NCBI GenBank assembly: GCA_036373915.1
Contig: DASUUU010000157.1
Span: 2,429 to 66,428 of the forward strand
From: Jiangellaceae bacterium
Lineage (GTDB): Bacteria > Actinomycetota > Actinomycetes > Jiangellales > Jiangellaceae
Reading direction: 5' to 3'
DNA length: 64,000 nucleotides
Within the stretch, counting starts at the first letter, position 1; each line of letters opens with the position of its first letter. The position numbers and the translations under genes are program-made. Under the pieces are notes generated by a model. The model saw only the letters and a list, made by a program, of their open reading frames with translations. It was not told the origin of the DNA and did not search any database. This document shows, piece by piece, positions 36,300-45,709 of this stretch.

Positions 36300-36445
36300 C
36301 ACCGCGGAAGCTCGGTGCCGACCACCCGCCACACTATGGAAGCTCGGTGCCGAGCGCGCGTATCACCGCGGAAGCTCGGTGTCGCTAGAGCAACACCGCG
36401 GAAGCATGGTGCCGGCCGCCCGCCGCACTGTGGAAGCTCGGTGCG
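36300..36445. repeat. five tandem 20-nt units at 32/32/30/32-bp spacing
   Basis: CACCGCGGAAGCTCGGTGCC-type units start at 36300, 36332, 36364, 36394 and 36426. GGAAGC is invariant. Each unit can form a CACCG/CGGTG hairpin. Confidence 0.85.
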
Positions 36446-36490
36446 GGCGCCCGCCGCAGTACCCGACGGCTCCAAGGCGCTCGGGGACGT

Positions 36491-37291
36491 CTACATTCCG
36501 AGGACGCGGCGCAGCTCGCGGGCCTGCCGGCGCGACACCTCCACCCGGCTGCGCTGCCGGTCGTCCATGACGAGCACGAGCGAGCCCTTGAAGTCGGGCA
36601 CCAGCTCGCGGACGTGGTCGAGGTTCACCAGATACGACCGGTGGGTCCGGAAGAAATGACCACGCAACCGGCGCTCCAGTTCGTTCAACGAAAAGCTCAC
36701 CAGCACTCGCTCGTCGGCGAGCTGAAGGTACGAGTATCCACGCGCGGCGCTCGCGTAGATGATCGAGGCCTGGTCGACAAGGACCGTCCGGCCGTCACGC
36801 TGCACGGGGATACGCCCGAGTGGTTCGGCAGGCGACCCGGGCCCAGCACCCACGCCGCCGAGGCCAACACCAGCCGGTCCTGCGCCGGCGGCGACTGCGT
36901 GTGGTTCCGACTCGTCCGGAGCACCCCCGAGCGCCCGGTCAAGGGCGCGGCGCAGCCGGTCGGCGTCGAACGGCTTGACCAGGTAGTCCACAGCCTCCAG
37001 GTCGAAGGCCTCGACCGCGTAGTCGGGATACGCCGTCGTGAAGATCACCTTGGGACAGTGCGGCAGCCCCCGCAGGGCGGCGGCGATGTCAAGCCCGGTA
37101 CCGCCCGGCATCCGGATGTCCAGCAACACCACGTCGTACGTGAGCGACCGGAGCAGGACGAGAGCCTCCTCCACGTTGGTCGCCTCCCCGACGACCTGGA
37201 CGTGTTCGAACTCGTCGAGCAGGTAGCGCAGTTCTGCGCGCGCCGGGGCTTCATCGTCGACGATGAGGGCACGGGCACGCATAGCGGTCAC
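36491..37291 (-). CDS. LytR/AlgR family response regulator (REC + LytTR)
   Basis: REC domain (LIVDDE...VLLDIRMPGGTG). C-terminal LytTR block (FFRTHRSYLVNLDHV). Gly/Ala/Pro-rich linker. Confidence 0.85.
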   Translation of the reverse strand: MTAMRARALIVDDEAPARAELRYLLDEFEHVQVVGEATNVEEALVLLRSLTYDVVLLDIRMPGGTGLDIAAALRGLPHCPKVIFTTAYPDYAVEAFDLEAVDYLVKPFDADRLRRALDRALGGAPDESEPHAVAAGAGPAGVGLGGVGAGPGSPAEPLGRIPVQRDGRTVLVDQASIIYASAARGYSYLQLADERVLVSFSLNELERRLRGHFFRTHRSYLVNLDHVRELVPDFKGSLVLVMDDRQRSRVEVSRRQARELRRVLGM

Positions 37292-38592
37292 CGTAACGGG
37301 ATGCGAAGATCGATCACAGTGCCCGTGCCTTCGGCGGACTGCACGTCGAGCCGGTAGCGCTCGCCGAACAGCGTCTCGAGCCGCTCGGAGATATTGCGCA
37401 ACCCGACCCCGACACTGGCGCCCAGCTCGCCAGAAGTGATCTTGTCGAGGACGGCGGGCGGAATTCCGACGCCGTCGTCTGCGACCTGGATCGCCGTCGT
37501 GCGGGTCAGGGGGTCGACGCGGGCCTTCAACGTCACGGTCCCGCCCTCGAGCTTGTCGGCCAGCCCGTGCTTGACGGCGTTCTCGACGAGCGGCTGGATA
37601 GTCAGCACTGGCACGTGTGCGGTCAGCACCTGCGGGTCGATGTCGTACTTGACCCGGACCCGATCGCCATACCGCGCCTGCTCCAGCGCCAGGTAGGTAC
37701 GGACGAAGAAGTACTCCTGCCCGAACTCGGCGAAGTGCCCGTCCTGGCGCACCGCGTAGCGGAAGAAGTCCGAAAGCCGCAGCAGCAGCTGGCGGGCCTC
37801 CTCGGGATCGGTTCGGGCCTTCGAGGCGATCGTATTGAGGATGTTGAACAGAAAGTGCGGGTTGATCTGCGCTCGCAACGCGTCGAGCTTTGCGTCCGCG
37901 GCCAGGTTCCGCTCACGGTCGAGCTCGGCGAGTTCGAGGTGCAGCGACAGGATCCCCGCCATGCCTTCGACCAGGTCGCGGGCGGGCGGGTCGGCGTAGA
38001 CCCGGTAGACCTTGAGCGTCCCGACGATCCGTTTGCCGATCGCGAGCGGCGCGACGACAGCCGACTGGAGCGGGCAGTTCGGCTCGCGGCAGGCGAGCTT
38101 CTGGCGCTGCCGCACCACGACCGTCCGCCCACCCGCCAGCACTCGCGCCGTCGCTTCGGTCTGCGGCGGGTCGCCGACCGTGTGGTGATCCTCGCCGGGC
38201 CCGACGAAGGCCAGCACCCGCTCCCGATCAGTGATCGCCACTGCGTCGCTGCCTAGCAGGGGGCGCAGCAGCTGAACGGTACGACGCGCGGCGTCCGCGG
38301 TGAGCCCGGACCGAAGCGGCATCGGCCGGCCCACTGCGGCCAGTGTCCGGGTCGATCCAGAGTTCGGTCCGCGGCGGGTCCGGGGCAGTCGCGACGCACG
38401 CGCCGGACGCGACACCCGTGGCCCACGCAGAGCCGACGGGTAACCCAACGTGAGCAGAAGGGTCAGGATCACTCCGGCCACCAGCGTCGTACCGACTCCC
38501 AGCGGCGGGTCGGCGAATACTTGCGTGACGAGGTACACCAGACCCCAGGTGGCGGCGATGGCGGCTGCCAGCGGCAGGCTACCGCTGCGCAT
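37288..38592 (-). CDS. LytS-type sensor histidine kinase (2 TM, GAF-like domain, His_kinase, HATPase)
   Basis: LRAQINPHFLFNILNTI phospho-acceptor block and QPLVENAVKHG / DDGVGI ATPase blocks. ATG 38592 follows GGGAGGAG. GTGA overlap with the response regulator gene. Confidence 0.85.
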   Translation of the reverse strand: MRSGSLPLAAAIAATWGLVYLVTQVFADPPLGVGTTLVAGVILTLLLTLGYPSALRGPRVSRPARASRLPRTRRGPNSGSTRTLAAVGRPMPLRSGLTADAARRTVQLLRPLLGSDAVAITDRERVLAFVGPGEDHHTVGDPPQTEATARVLAGGRTVVVRQRQKLACREPNCPLQSAVVAPLAIGKRIVGTLKVYRVYADPPARDLVEGMAGILSLHLELAELDRERNLAADAKLDALRAQINPHFLFNILNTIASKARTDPEEARQLLLRLSDFFRYAVRQDGHFAEFGQEYFFVRTYLALEQARYGDRVRVKYDIDPQVLTAHVPVLTIQPLVENAVKHGLADKLEGGTVTLKARVDPLTRTTAIQVADDGVGIPPAVLDKITSGELGASVGVGLRNISERLETLFGERYRLDVQSAEGTGTVIDLRIPLR

Positions 38593-40288
38593 CGCCGCTC
38601 CTCCCATCCCTCCGCTGCCGATCCACCCCTGCGATGGTAAGCCGGGCCAGGCGCATGGCCTGCCGGTCGGCGGCTGTCCCGTGCATCTTGAGCCAGAGCA
38701 GCTCAAGATCTTGGGGCACCGCGGTGCGTCGCGACACCACCACTGTGACGGCCGCCGCCAGCGGTGCGGCGACCATGGTCGGCGTCATCAGCATCTCGCC
38801 GAGCCCGCGGTCGCCGATCACCACTCCGGCTACGAACATCGCGACTGCGGCCAGCGCGCCGACGACCATGCCCGCGACGGCGCCGGCCGCCGTGGTCCGC
38901 CGCCACCAGATGGCCAGGATGAAGACCGGTGTAAGCGCCGACCCGGCCAGCGCGAAGGCCCACGTGACCATGGTGGCGACGATCGACGGCAGCAGCGCCG
39001 TCCATGATTCGGGCCGCAGCCCGAGCGCCAGCCCGGCCGAGGCGAAGGCGACGACCACGACGGTCGCGCGACCCGCCCACACCGCCTGCCGCTGGGTCGC
39101 CCGTGGGTTGATGTGCCGCTCGTACACGTCGTGGCCCCACGAAGCGGCGGAAGCCAGCAAGAGGCCCGCGATCGTGGACATGACGGCGATCAGGGCACCT
39201 GTCGCCACCAGCCCGAGGCCCGCCTCTCCCCCATAGATCCGGCCGAGCACGGGCAGTGCATGTTCGGGGACGCGCAGCACGCCGTCTACCGTCAACTCAT
39301 CAAGCCACGGGTGGTCGTCGACGGCGGCCGGAATGAGCGTCCGGGCGGCCGTCCCGAGCATTACCGCCAGCGCGTAGAAGAGCCCGGCCAGACCCAACAC
39401 CCACACCGTCGTCATCCGGGCAGCGGTACCCGTCGGGCTGGTGAAGTAGCGGTTCATCACGTGTGGAAGTCCTGCCGTGCCCATTACCAGCGTGATGATC
39501 AACGCGAACTGGCCGAGCCCGCCGTAGCGCGCGCCAGGTTCACCGAAACTGGCCGGCGATTCGGCTTCGAGCCGGTTCGGCGTGGTCGCCAGATCCCATT
39601 GGCCGTCCACGTTGACCGGGTTGACCAGCGGCTCGGCCGCCAGGTCGGCGACTGCTGCCCCGTAGTTGAACCCGGATGCGAGCACGGCGATGGCCAGCCA
39701 GACAAGTGCCGCCAGCAACAGAAGGAACTGAACGGCCTGCGTCCACGTCGTTCCGCGCATGCCACCGAAGGCCACCAGGCCCGTGATCGCGGCGGTGGAG
39801 ATGATCACGCCGGTCACGTAGGGCGACAGTCCGCCAATGCCTTGACCGACGAGCAACTGCCAGGTGATCCCGCTACCTACGGCTTGCGGCACTAGATAGG
39901 ACAGGATGATCAGTTGCACGACGCCGACCGCCACCAGCCGCACCCCGTCCGAGGCCAGTCTGCGCCCCAGGAAGTCGGGAATCGAGAACTCGCCGAACCG
40001 GCGTAGCGGCGCGGCGACGAACAACAGCACCGGCACGAACCCGGCGGCGAACCCTGTCGCGTACCACACGCCGTCGAGCCCTGAAACGTACACTGCGGCC
40101 GCGACGCCCAGGAACGAGGCCGCGGAGAAGTAGTCGCCACAAATGGCGCTCGCGTTGGTCGCGACGCCCACCCGCTGCCCTGCGAGGTAGAAGTCCAGCG
40201 TGGACACGCCGCGCGGACGGATGGCCAGCGCCAGCCCGCCGACGATGATCAGCAAGGAAAGCAGTACGACAAGGCTTGCGGTGTTCAC
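38579..40288 (-). CDS. sodium:solute symporter (cation/acetate symporter ActP-like)
   Basis: About 13 TM helices. FYLAGQRVG...AICGDYFSAASFLG SSF signature. The 3' end overlaps the kinase start by 14 nt. Confidence 0.85.
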   Translation of the reverse strand: MNTASLVVLLSLLIIVGGLALAIRPRGVSTLDFYLAGQRVGVATNASAICGDYFSAASFLGVAAAVYVSGLDGVWYATGFAAGFVPVLLFVAAPLRRFGEFSIPDFLGRRLASDGVRLVAVGVVQLIILSYLVPQAVGSGITWQLLVGQGIGGLSPYVTGVIISTAAITGLVAFGGMRGTTWTQAVQFLLLLAALVWLAIAVLASGFNYGAAVADLAAEPLVNPVNVDGQWDLATTPNRLEAESPASFGEPGARYGGLGQFALIITLVMGTAGLPHVMNRYFTSPTGTAARMTTVWVLGLAGLFYALAVMLGTAARTLIPAAVDDHPWLDELTVDGVLRVPEHALPVLGRIYGGEAGLGLVATGALIAVMSTIAGLLLASAASWGHDVYERHINPRATQRQAVWAGRATVVVVAFASAGLALGLRPESWTALLPSIVATMVTWAFALAGSALTPVFILAIWWRRTTAAGAVAGMVVGALAAVAMFVAGVVIGDRGLGEMLMTPTMVAAPLAAAVTVVVSRRTAVPQDLELLWLKMHGTAADRQAMRLARLTIAGVDRQRRDGRSGDAQR

Positions 40289-40602
40289 CGGTGCTCAGCC
40301 TCGGTCGTATCCTCGTCCGGGCCGCCGAGCATCCGCGACTCTACGGCGGTGGACAGCGTGGCGGCCGCCAACCCGATGACGAAGAAGAAGACGTACAGCC
40401 CGAACGCCGCCATCACGAAACTCGGGCTCATACCGCCGATGAGCCGGCCCTGTGACCACCAGTCCAGCAGCAGCGTGAGACCCGGCACCCCGCCGATGGC
40501 CACCAGGAACACGATGAAGTAGCCGACGGCCACCCGCCGCAGTGTGCGAACGGTGGCGTCCACCTCGGCGGGGGTGTCGTGCTCGTCCGCGTCGCCGTTC
40601 AT
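40285..40602 (-). CDS. small 2-TM membrane protein (in the position of a DUF485/YjcH-type symporter partner)
   Basis: 105 aa with two hydrophobic helices. A 4-nt overlap with the symporter gene. Confidence 0.55.
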   Translation of the reverse strand: MNGDADEHDTPAEVDATVRTLRRVAVGYFIVFLVAIGGVPGLTLLLDWWSQGRLIGGMSPSFVMAAFGLYVFFFVIGLAAATLSTAVESRMLGGPDEDTTEAEHR

Positions 40603-40643
40603 TGTCGCGAAACCTTACGGGACGCTCATCCGCGGAGGAAGAA

Positions 40644-41075
40644 CTAGGCCGTCGACCAGATCCGGTACCCGGTACGCAGCAGGATCACCGCGCCGCCCGC
40701 CACCATCACCAGTCCAATGCCTGGCAGCAACTGCCCCCAACTGCCGGTAGTGGCGCTCAGCTCGACGAGCCGCACCGACTGCCAGCCGACGATCCCGGCG
40801 ATTACGACGCCGGGGCCGAGCGCATGTGCGAGTGCGACCCGCCGGTACGGCAGCAGCGCGCCGGCTAGCGCAAGGAAGCCCATGCTCAATGTCCACAGAC
40901 CCGGGCCCGCCGTCCCCGACAACGACCCGAGCGGCGTCGACACCCACGGCAGCAACGATCCGACGACGCTGATCAGGCCGCCGACGATCATGCCGGCACT
41001 ACCCACGTGCAGGACCCGGCGCCTCACGACGGGGGAATTCGGGGCGCTCGCGCTGCTGGCGTGGGATGTCGACAT
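40644..41075 (-). CDS. hypothetical membrane protein (4 TM)
   Basis: 143 aa, hydrophobic throughout. First gene of the minus-strand operon. Confidence 0.55.
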   Translation of the reverse strand: MSTSHASSASAPNSPVVRRRVLHVGSAGMIVGGLISVVGSLLPWVSTPLGSLSGTAGPGLWTLSMGFLALAGALLPYRRVALAHALGPGVVIAGIVGWQSVRLVELSATTGSWGQLLPGIGLVMVAGGAVILLRTGYRIWSTA

Positions 41076-41338
41076 GCCCGGATGGTATGCGCGAAACCTG
41101 CCGTTAACCCAGCCCCTCGTCCGCGAGCGGTCGCAATGCGAGCACGGACGGTCCAGGAGGCCGTCCTAACGGTCAGGGCGGCCCTGTCCGACCGGTCGAC
41201 TGCCGGTAACGACCGTTCGCAACAAGAGACGCGCCGCCCGCTGATCGGCCCTTGCGATGGGGAACCGACGTCCCTTTCGCTTCGCAGAAACGGGGGCTTG
41301 GCAACTGACCATAGGTCAGCCACCGAAGGGAGCCCGGT

Positions 41339-41668
41339 ATGGCGGAAACGGAACGAGCTAGCGAGGGTCGCGGCGAGGAGTCCCCGCCCGTCGACGACTC
41401 GTGGCGCAAGGAGTACTGGCGGCGAAATCTCCGCCTCATGGTGATCCTGCTGAGCATCTGGTTCACGGTCTCGTTCGTGTGCGGAATCCTGCTCGTGGAT
41501 CAGTTGAACGAGATCGAGATCAACGGCTTCCCGTTGGGCTTCTGGTTCGCCCAGCAGGGATCCATCTACACCTTCGTGCTGCTCATCCTCGTCTACGCGC
41601 TGCGGATGGACCGGCTGGACGACGAGTACGGCGTCAGTGAGCGCGACGGGAACGGGAGGCGGTTGTGA
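41339..41668 (+). CDS. DUF4212-type small subunit of a solute:sodium symporter
   Basis: YWRRNLRLMVILLSIWFTVSF...GFPLGFWFAQQGSIYTFVLLILVYA. A 4-nt overlap with the symporter gene. Confidence 0.75.
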   Translation: MAETERASEGRGEESPPVDDSWRKEYWRRNLRLMVILLSIWFTVSFVCGILLVDQLNEIEINGFPLGFWFAQQGSIYTFVLLILVYALRMDRLDDEYGVSERDGNGRRL

Positions 41669-43353
41669 GCAGCATTCAGGTCTGGACCTTTGTCTTCATC
41701 GCCCTTTCGTTCGGGACGTACATCTTCATCGCCTGGCGGAGCCGGGTGAGGGAGACCTCGGGGTTCTACGTCGCCGATCAGGGAATCCCGACCGTCGCCA
41801 ACGGCGCCGCCGTGGCCGCGGACTGGATGTCGGCTGCCTCGTTCATCTCGATGGCCGGGCTCATAGCGTTCCTCGGCTCGGACGGCTCGATCTACCTGAT
41901 GGGCTGGACCGGCGGGTACGTGCTGTTGGCCCTGCTGCTCGCACCGTACCTGCGCAAGTGGGGCAAGTACACGGTGCCGGAGTTCGTCGGCGACCGGTAC
42001 TCAGAGCTGGTCAGGACGATCGCCGCCGTCGCCGCGATCATCGTCTCGTTCACCTACGTCGTCGGCCAGATGCGCGGCGGCGGCATCGTGTTCAGCCGGT
42101 TCCTCGACCTGGAGATCACCGGCGGCGTCATGGTGGCCGCGGCGATCATCTTTCTCTACGCGGTGCTGGGTGGCATGAAGGGCATCACCTGGACTCAGGT
42201 GGCGCAGTACACGGTGCTGATCATCGCGTACCTGATCCCGGCGTTCGCGGTGGCCCAGCAGATGACCGGTTTCCCCGTGCCCCAGGTGACCTTCGGCCAG
42301 ATCCTCGACGAACTCAACGCGATCAGCGCCGAGTTCGGTCTCGCCGAGTACACCCAGGCGTTCACCAACCGGCCACAACTCGACGTGTTCCTGGTGGCCA
42401 TGTCGCTGATGATCGGGACGGCCGGCCTGCCGCACGTGATCATCCGCTTCTACACGACGAAGAGCGTGCGCGGAGCGCGTTACTCGGCGTTCTGGGCGCT
42501 GTTCTTCATCGCTCTGCTGTACACCACCGCTCCCGCGGTGGGCGCGTTCACCAAGTTGAACCTGCTCCAGGACGTCCAGGGGGTGCCGGCGAACGAGTTG
42601 CCCTCATGGATCGACAACTGGGCGGCCACCGGGTTGGTGACCGTTGCCGAAGGAGCCGACACCATCGAGACGGTGGCCAATAACCCGGCCTCCGGCGCCG
42701 ACCTGACGGTCAACAACGACATCCTCGTGCTGGCCAGCCCGGAGATCGCCGGGTTGCCCGCACCCATCGTCGGGCTCGTCGCTGCGGGCGGTCTGGCGGC
42801 GGCCATGTCGACCGCGGCGGGGCTGCTGCTGGTGATCTCCTCGTCGGTTTCGCACGACCTGTACTTCCGGCGGATCCAGAGGACCGCCACCGATGCACAG
42901 CGGCTCCGGGCCGGGCGGATCGCGATGGCCGGCGCTGTGCTGGTCGCGGTCTACGGCGGGATCAACCCGCCCGCGTTCGTCGCGCAGGTGGTCGCCTTCG
43001 CATTCGGGATGGCGGCGGCCAGCTTCTTCCCGATCATCGTGCTCGGCATCTTCTGGAAGCGGTGCAACGCCGTCGGCGCCGCGTCCGGCATGGTGGCCGG
43101 GTTGGTGTTCACGATCACCTACATGGTCTACACACTTCCGGTGTTCGGTACGTCGGCGAACGACCACATCTTCGACATCAGCCCCGAAGGCATCGGGACG
43201 ATCGGCGCAATCGTCAATTTCACCGTGACGATCGTGGTGTCGAAGCTGACTCCGCCGCCGCCGAAGCACCTCATCGAGATGGTCGAGAACATCCGGTACC
43301 CGGCGGCCCGCCGGGTCAGGGCCGGCGCCGTCGTTGAAGGCGAACGGGACTGA
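41665..43353 (+). CDS. sodium:solute symporter (VC_2705-like large subunit)
   Basis: About 13 TM helices. FYVADQGIP...AADWMSAASFISMAG SSF signature. Confidence 0.85.
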   Translation: MSSIQVWTFVFIALSFGTYIFIAWRSRVRETSGFYVADQGIPTVANGAAVAADWMSAASFISMAGLIAFLGSDGSIYLMGWTGGYVLLALLLAPYLRKWGKYTVPEFVGDRYSELVRTIAAVAAIIVSFTYVVGQMRGGGIVFSRFLDLEITGGVMVAAAIIFLYAVLGGMKGITWTQVAQYTVLIIAYLIPAFAVAQQMTGFPVPQVTFGQILDELNAISAEFGLAEYTQAFTNRPQLDVFLVAMSLMIGTAGLPHVIIRFYTTKSVRGARYSAFWALFFIALLYTTAPAVGAFTKLNLLQDVQGVPANELPSWIDNWAATGLVTVAEGADTIETVANNPASGADLTVNNDILVLASPEIAGLPAPIVGLVAAGGLAAAMSTAAGLLLVISSSVSHDLYFRRIQRTATDAQRLRAGRIAMAGAVLVAVYGGINPPAFVAQVVAFAFGMAAASFFPIIVLGIFWKRCNAVGAASGMVAGLVFTITYMVYTLPVFGTSANDHIFDISPEGIGTIGAIVNFTVTIVVSKLTPPPPKHLIEMVENIRYPAARRVRAGAVVEGERD

Positions 43354-43423
43354 TCGACCAACCGGCTGGATCGACTCGGGTCGGAAGAAGCATTAGCTGA
43401 GCTGCTGATCGGAGGTACGCAAG

Positions 43424-43455
43424 GGAGGGGCGCCCCGCAGGCGTGGCGCCCCTCC
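43424..43455. terminator. bidirectional terminator hairpin
   Basis: GGAGGGGCGCC-10 nt-GGCGCCCCTCC, a perfect 11-bp stem followed by TGCTTTG. It lies between convergent genes. Confidence 0.7.
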
Positions 43456-43513
43456 TGCTTTGCCCCGCACAGCCAACCGCCTGTCCTGGCGCCGCTTGGC
43501 CGGTGCACCGAGC

Positions 43514-45091
43514 TCACCTGCGATGGCGGATGACCTGGCCGGCGGGAGTTCCGGTCGGCACACCATCGGCCAGCACCGGCACGCCGGTCAGCAGCGTGTA
43601 CTTGACGCCGGTCGCAAGCTGCCACGGATCGTCGAACGTCGCGTTGTCGCGGACGGTTTCCGGGTCCAACGCCACGAGGTCCGCCACTGCCCCCGCCCGC
43701 ACGACTCCGCGCTCCGACCACCCGAGTCGGGACGCCGGCAGCGAGGTCATGCGCCGCACCGCCTCCGGCAGATCGACAAGTCCCTCGTCACGGCGGTAGT
43801 GGCCGAGCATCCGCGCGAACGTACCGAAGCTGCGCGGGTGCGGCCGTCCCTCCCCTGGGCACTCCAGTACCCAGCCGTCGCTCGCCACCGCAACGTACGG
43901 ACGGCTCATGACCTGCCGGACGTCCGCCTCGTCCATCGAGTGATGAACGACGCTCACCTGTGCCTGCTGGGCGCGCAGGATCTCCACCAACGCCCGGCCC
44001 GGCCCGAAGCCCCGTTCGGTGGCGACGTCCATGACCGTCCGGCCGACGTACGTGTCGTACGGGCCGGGCGGAGTATGCGCGATCACCGTCCGGTCCGGCC
44101 AGTAGGTGTGCTGGAACTCGGCATCGAGTTCGGCGACTATGCGCTCGGTCTCCACCGGATCGGCGAGCCGGGCAAGTAACGCCGGAGCCCCGCCGTCCAT
44201 CGCCCACGCGGGAAGGGACGCGGTCATTGTCGTGCTCGAGGCCGTGTAGGGATACTGGTCGGCGCCGACGTCCAGGCCGGTCCGGCGAGCGTCCTCGATC
44301 AGCTCGAGCGCCTGAACCACAGTGCCCCAGGCCGCCTTGCCAGCCGCTTTCAGATGTGAGATCTCCAGGCGGATCCCGCTACGCCGCGAGATGTTGAGTG
44401 CCTCCTTCACCGCCTCGGCCAGCTTGGTGCCCTCGTTGCGCAGGTGGGTGGAGTAGAGCAGGCCCGCGCCTGCCGCCTCGGTGGCGATCGCCACCAACTC
44501 GTCGGTAGTGGCGAAGGTTCCCGGCGCGTAGATGAGTCCGGTCGAGAAGCCGACCACCCCGGCGCGCGCGGCGTCGCGCACAAGCGCCAGCATCCGGTCC
44601 AGCTCGGCCTCCGTCGGCGGCCGGTCGGCCGATCCCATCGCCGCAATGCGCAGGGCGCCGTGGCCGACTTGCAGCGCCAGGTTGACACCCAGCGGTAGGG
44701 CATCGACCGCCTCGGCGTACTCCCCTGCCGACCACCAGTCCCACGCTCCGTCACCGGTCAGCAGCCGGTGGCTGAGCAGCTCGTCCCTGTGCTCCGGCGT
44801 GATCGGGAACGGGGAGAAGCCGCAGTTGCCGGTAACGAGCGTCGTGACTCCCTGCGTGACCTGCGTGACGGCCTCCGGCGCTCCGAACACGGTGAAGTCC
44901 GCGTGCGAATGCAGGTCGATGAAGCCAGGGCTCACCACCAGGCCAGAGACGTCGATCTCGGTGCCACCGCCGGCGACGGCAGCACCGACTTCGGTGATAT
45001 GGCCGTCACTTACGGCTACGTCGGCGCGGCGCGCGGCTGCTCCCGTGCCGTCGACGACCATGCCGCCACGCAGGACTAGGTCGCTGGTCAT
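43514..45091 (-). CDS. N-acyl-D-amino-acid deacylase (D-aminoacylase) family amidohydrolase
   Basis: LVLRGGMVVDGTG...VSPGFIDLHSHADF. Start moved to ATG 45091, which overlaps the upstream TGA (ATGA). Confidence 0.8.
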   Translation of the reverse strand: MTSDLVLRGGMVVDGTGAAARRADVAVSDGHITEVGAAVAGGGTEIDVSGLVVSPGFIDLHSHADFTVFGAPEAVTQVTQGVTTLVTGNCGFSPFPITPEHRDELLSHRLLTGDGAWDWWSAGEYAEAVDALPLGVNLALQVGHGALRIAAMGSADRPPTEAELDRMLALVRDAARAGVVGFSTGLIYAPGTFATTDELVAIATEAAGAGLLYSTHLRNEGTKLAEAVKEALNISRRSGIRLEISHLKAAGKAAWGTVVQALELIEDARRTGLDVGADQYPYTASSTTMTASLPAWAMDGGAPALLARLADPVETERIVAELDAEFQHTYWPDRTVIAHTPPGPYDTYVGRTVMDVATERGFGPGRALVEILRAQQAQVSVVHHSMDEADVRQVMSRPYVAVASDGWVLECPGEGRPHPRSFGTFARMLGHYRRDEGLVDLPEAVRRMTSLPASRLGWSERGVVRAGAVADLVALDPETVRDNATFDDPWQLATGVKYTLLTGVPVLADGVPTGTPAGQVIRHRR

Positions 45092-45603
45092 GACGACGCG
45101 ATTACGGTCTCGAGGCGCCCGGTGTCGACGTCGTAGACGAATCCGCCCACCGCCAGCCCGGCCGGTAGGAACGGCCACGACCGGATCGCCTGGACGTCCC
45201 GCTCCAGCGTCGATCGTTGGTCGATGATCAGGTGGAAGTCCAGGCTGCGGGCGTCGATGCCGGACTGCTCGGCGATGAGCTGCTCCACTTCCTCCTGAGT
45301 CGTGCTGGCCATCTTGCACTTGGTGTGCGCGACGACCATCACCCGCGTGACGCCCAGGGCATGTGTCGCCAGCACGAGCGTACGCAGGACGTCCGGCGTA
45401 ACGCGTGCACCTGCATTCCGGATGATCTTCGCGTCGCCGGGCCGGAGCCCGAGCATCTCAAGCGGCTCGATCCGCGAGTCCATGCATGTGACGATCGCCA
45501 GCCCGCGACCCGCGACCGCCGGCAGGCCCGCCAACTCGAACGACACCGCATAGCCGCGGTTAGCCTCAAGCACATCGGCGAAGTCGGCAGGATCGTCGAT
45601 CAC
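45088..45603 (-). CDS. beta-class carbonic anhydrase
   Basis: VTCMDSRIEP and VVAHTKCKM zinc-ligand blocks. GTG start. Confidence 0.8.
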   Translation of the reverse strand: MIDDPADFADVLEANRGYAVSFELAGLPAVAGRGLAIVTCMDSRIEPLEMLGLRPGDAKIIRNAGARVTPDVLRTLVLATHALGVTRVMVVAHTKCKMASTTQEEVEQLIAEQSGIDARSLDFHLIIDQRSTLERDVQAIRSWPFLPAGLAVGGFVYDVDTGRLETVIASS

Positions 45604-45709
45604 TCTCGCTGGCTCCTTACATCCCGGTGCAGGCTGGCCTCTAGGCTAGCGGCCTGCCTGGTCGGGCCGGCCGCGTACGGCGGGACAGCACGGGGACGAA
45701 GGGATCACG

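Noticed and set aside
36300-36445. The five regularly spaced repeats could be read as a small CRISPR array.
   Set aside because: The repeats are only about 20 nt and the spacers only 10-12 nt. The repeats are not identical. No cas genes or leader are in the window. The unit is related to the neighbouring REP-like element. It does not fit known CRISPR geometry.
36300-36445. Multi-hairpin RNA with GGA in every loop as a CsrB/RsmZ-like protein sponge.
   Set aside because: To my knowledge, CsrA/RsmA is not known in Actinomycetota. The loop context (CGGAAGCU) does not match the CsrA consensus. I keep it only as an analogy, not a call.
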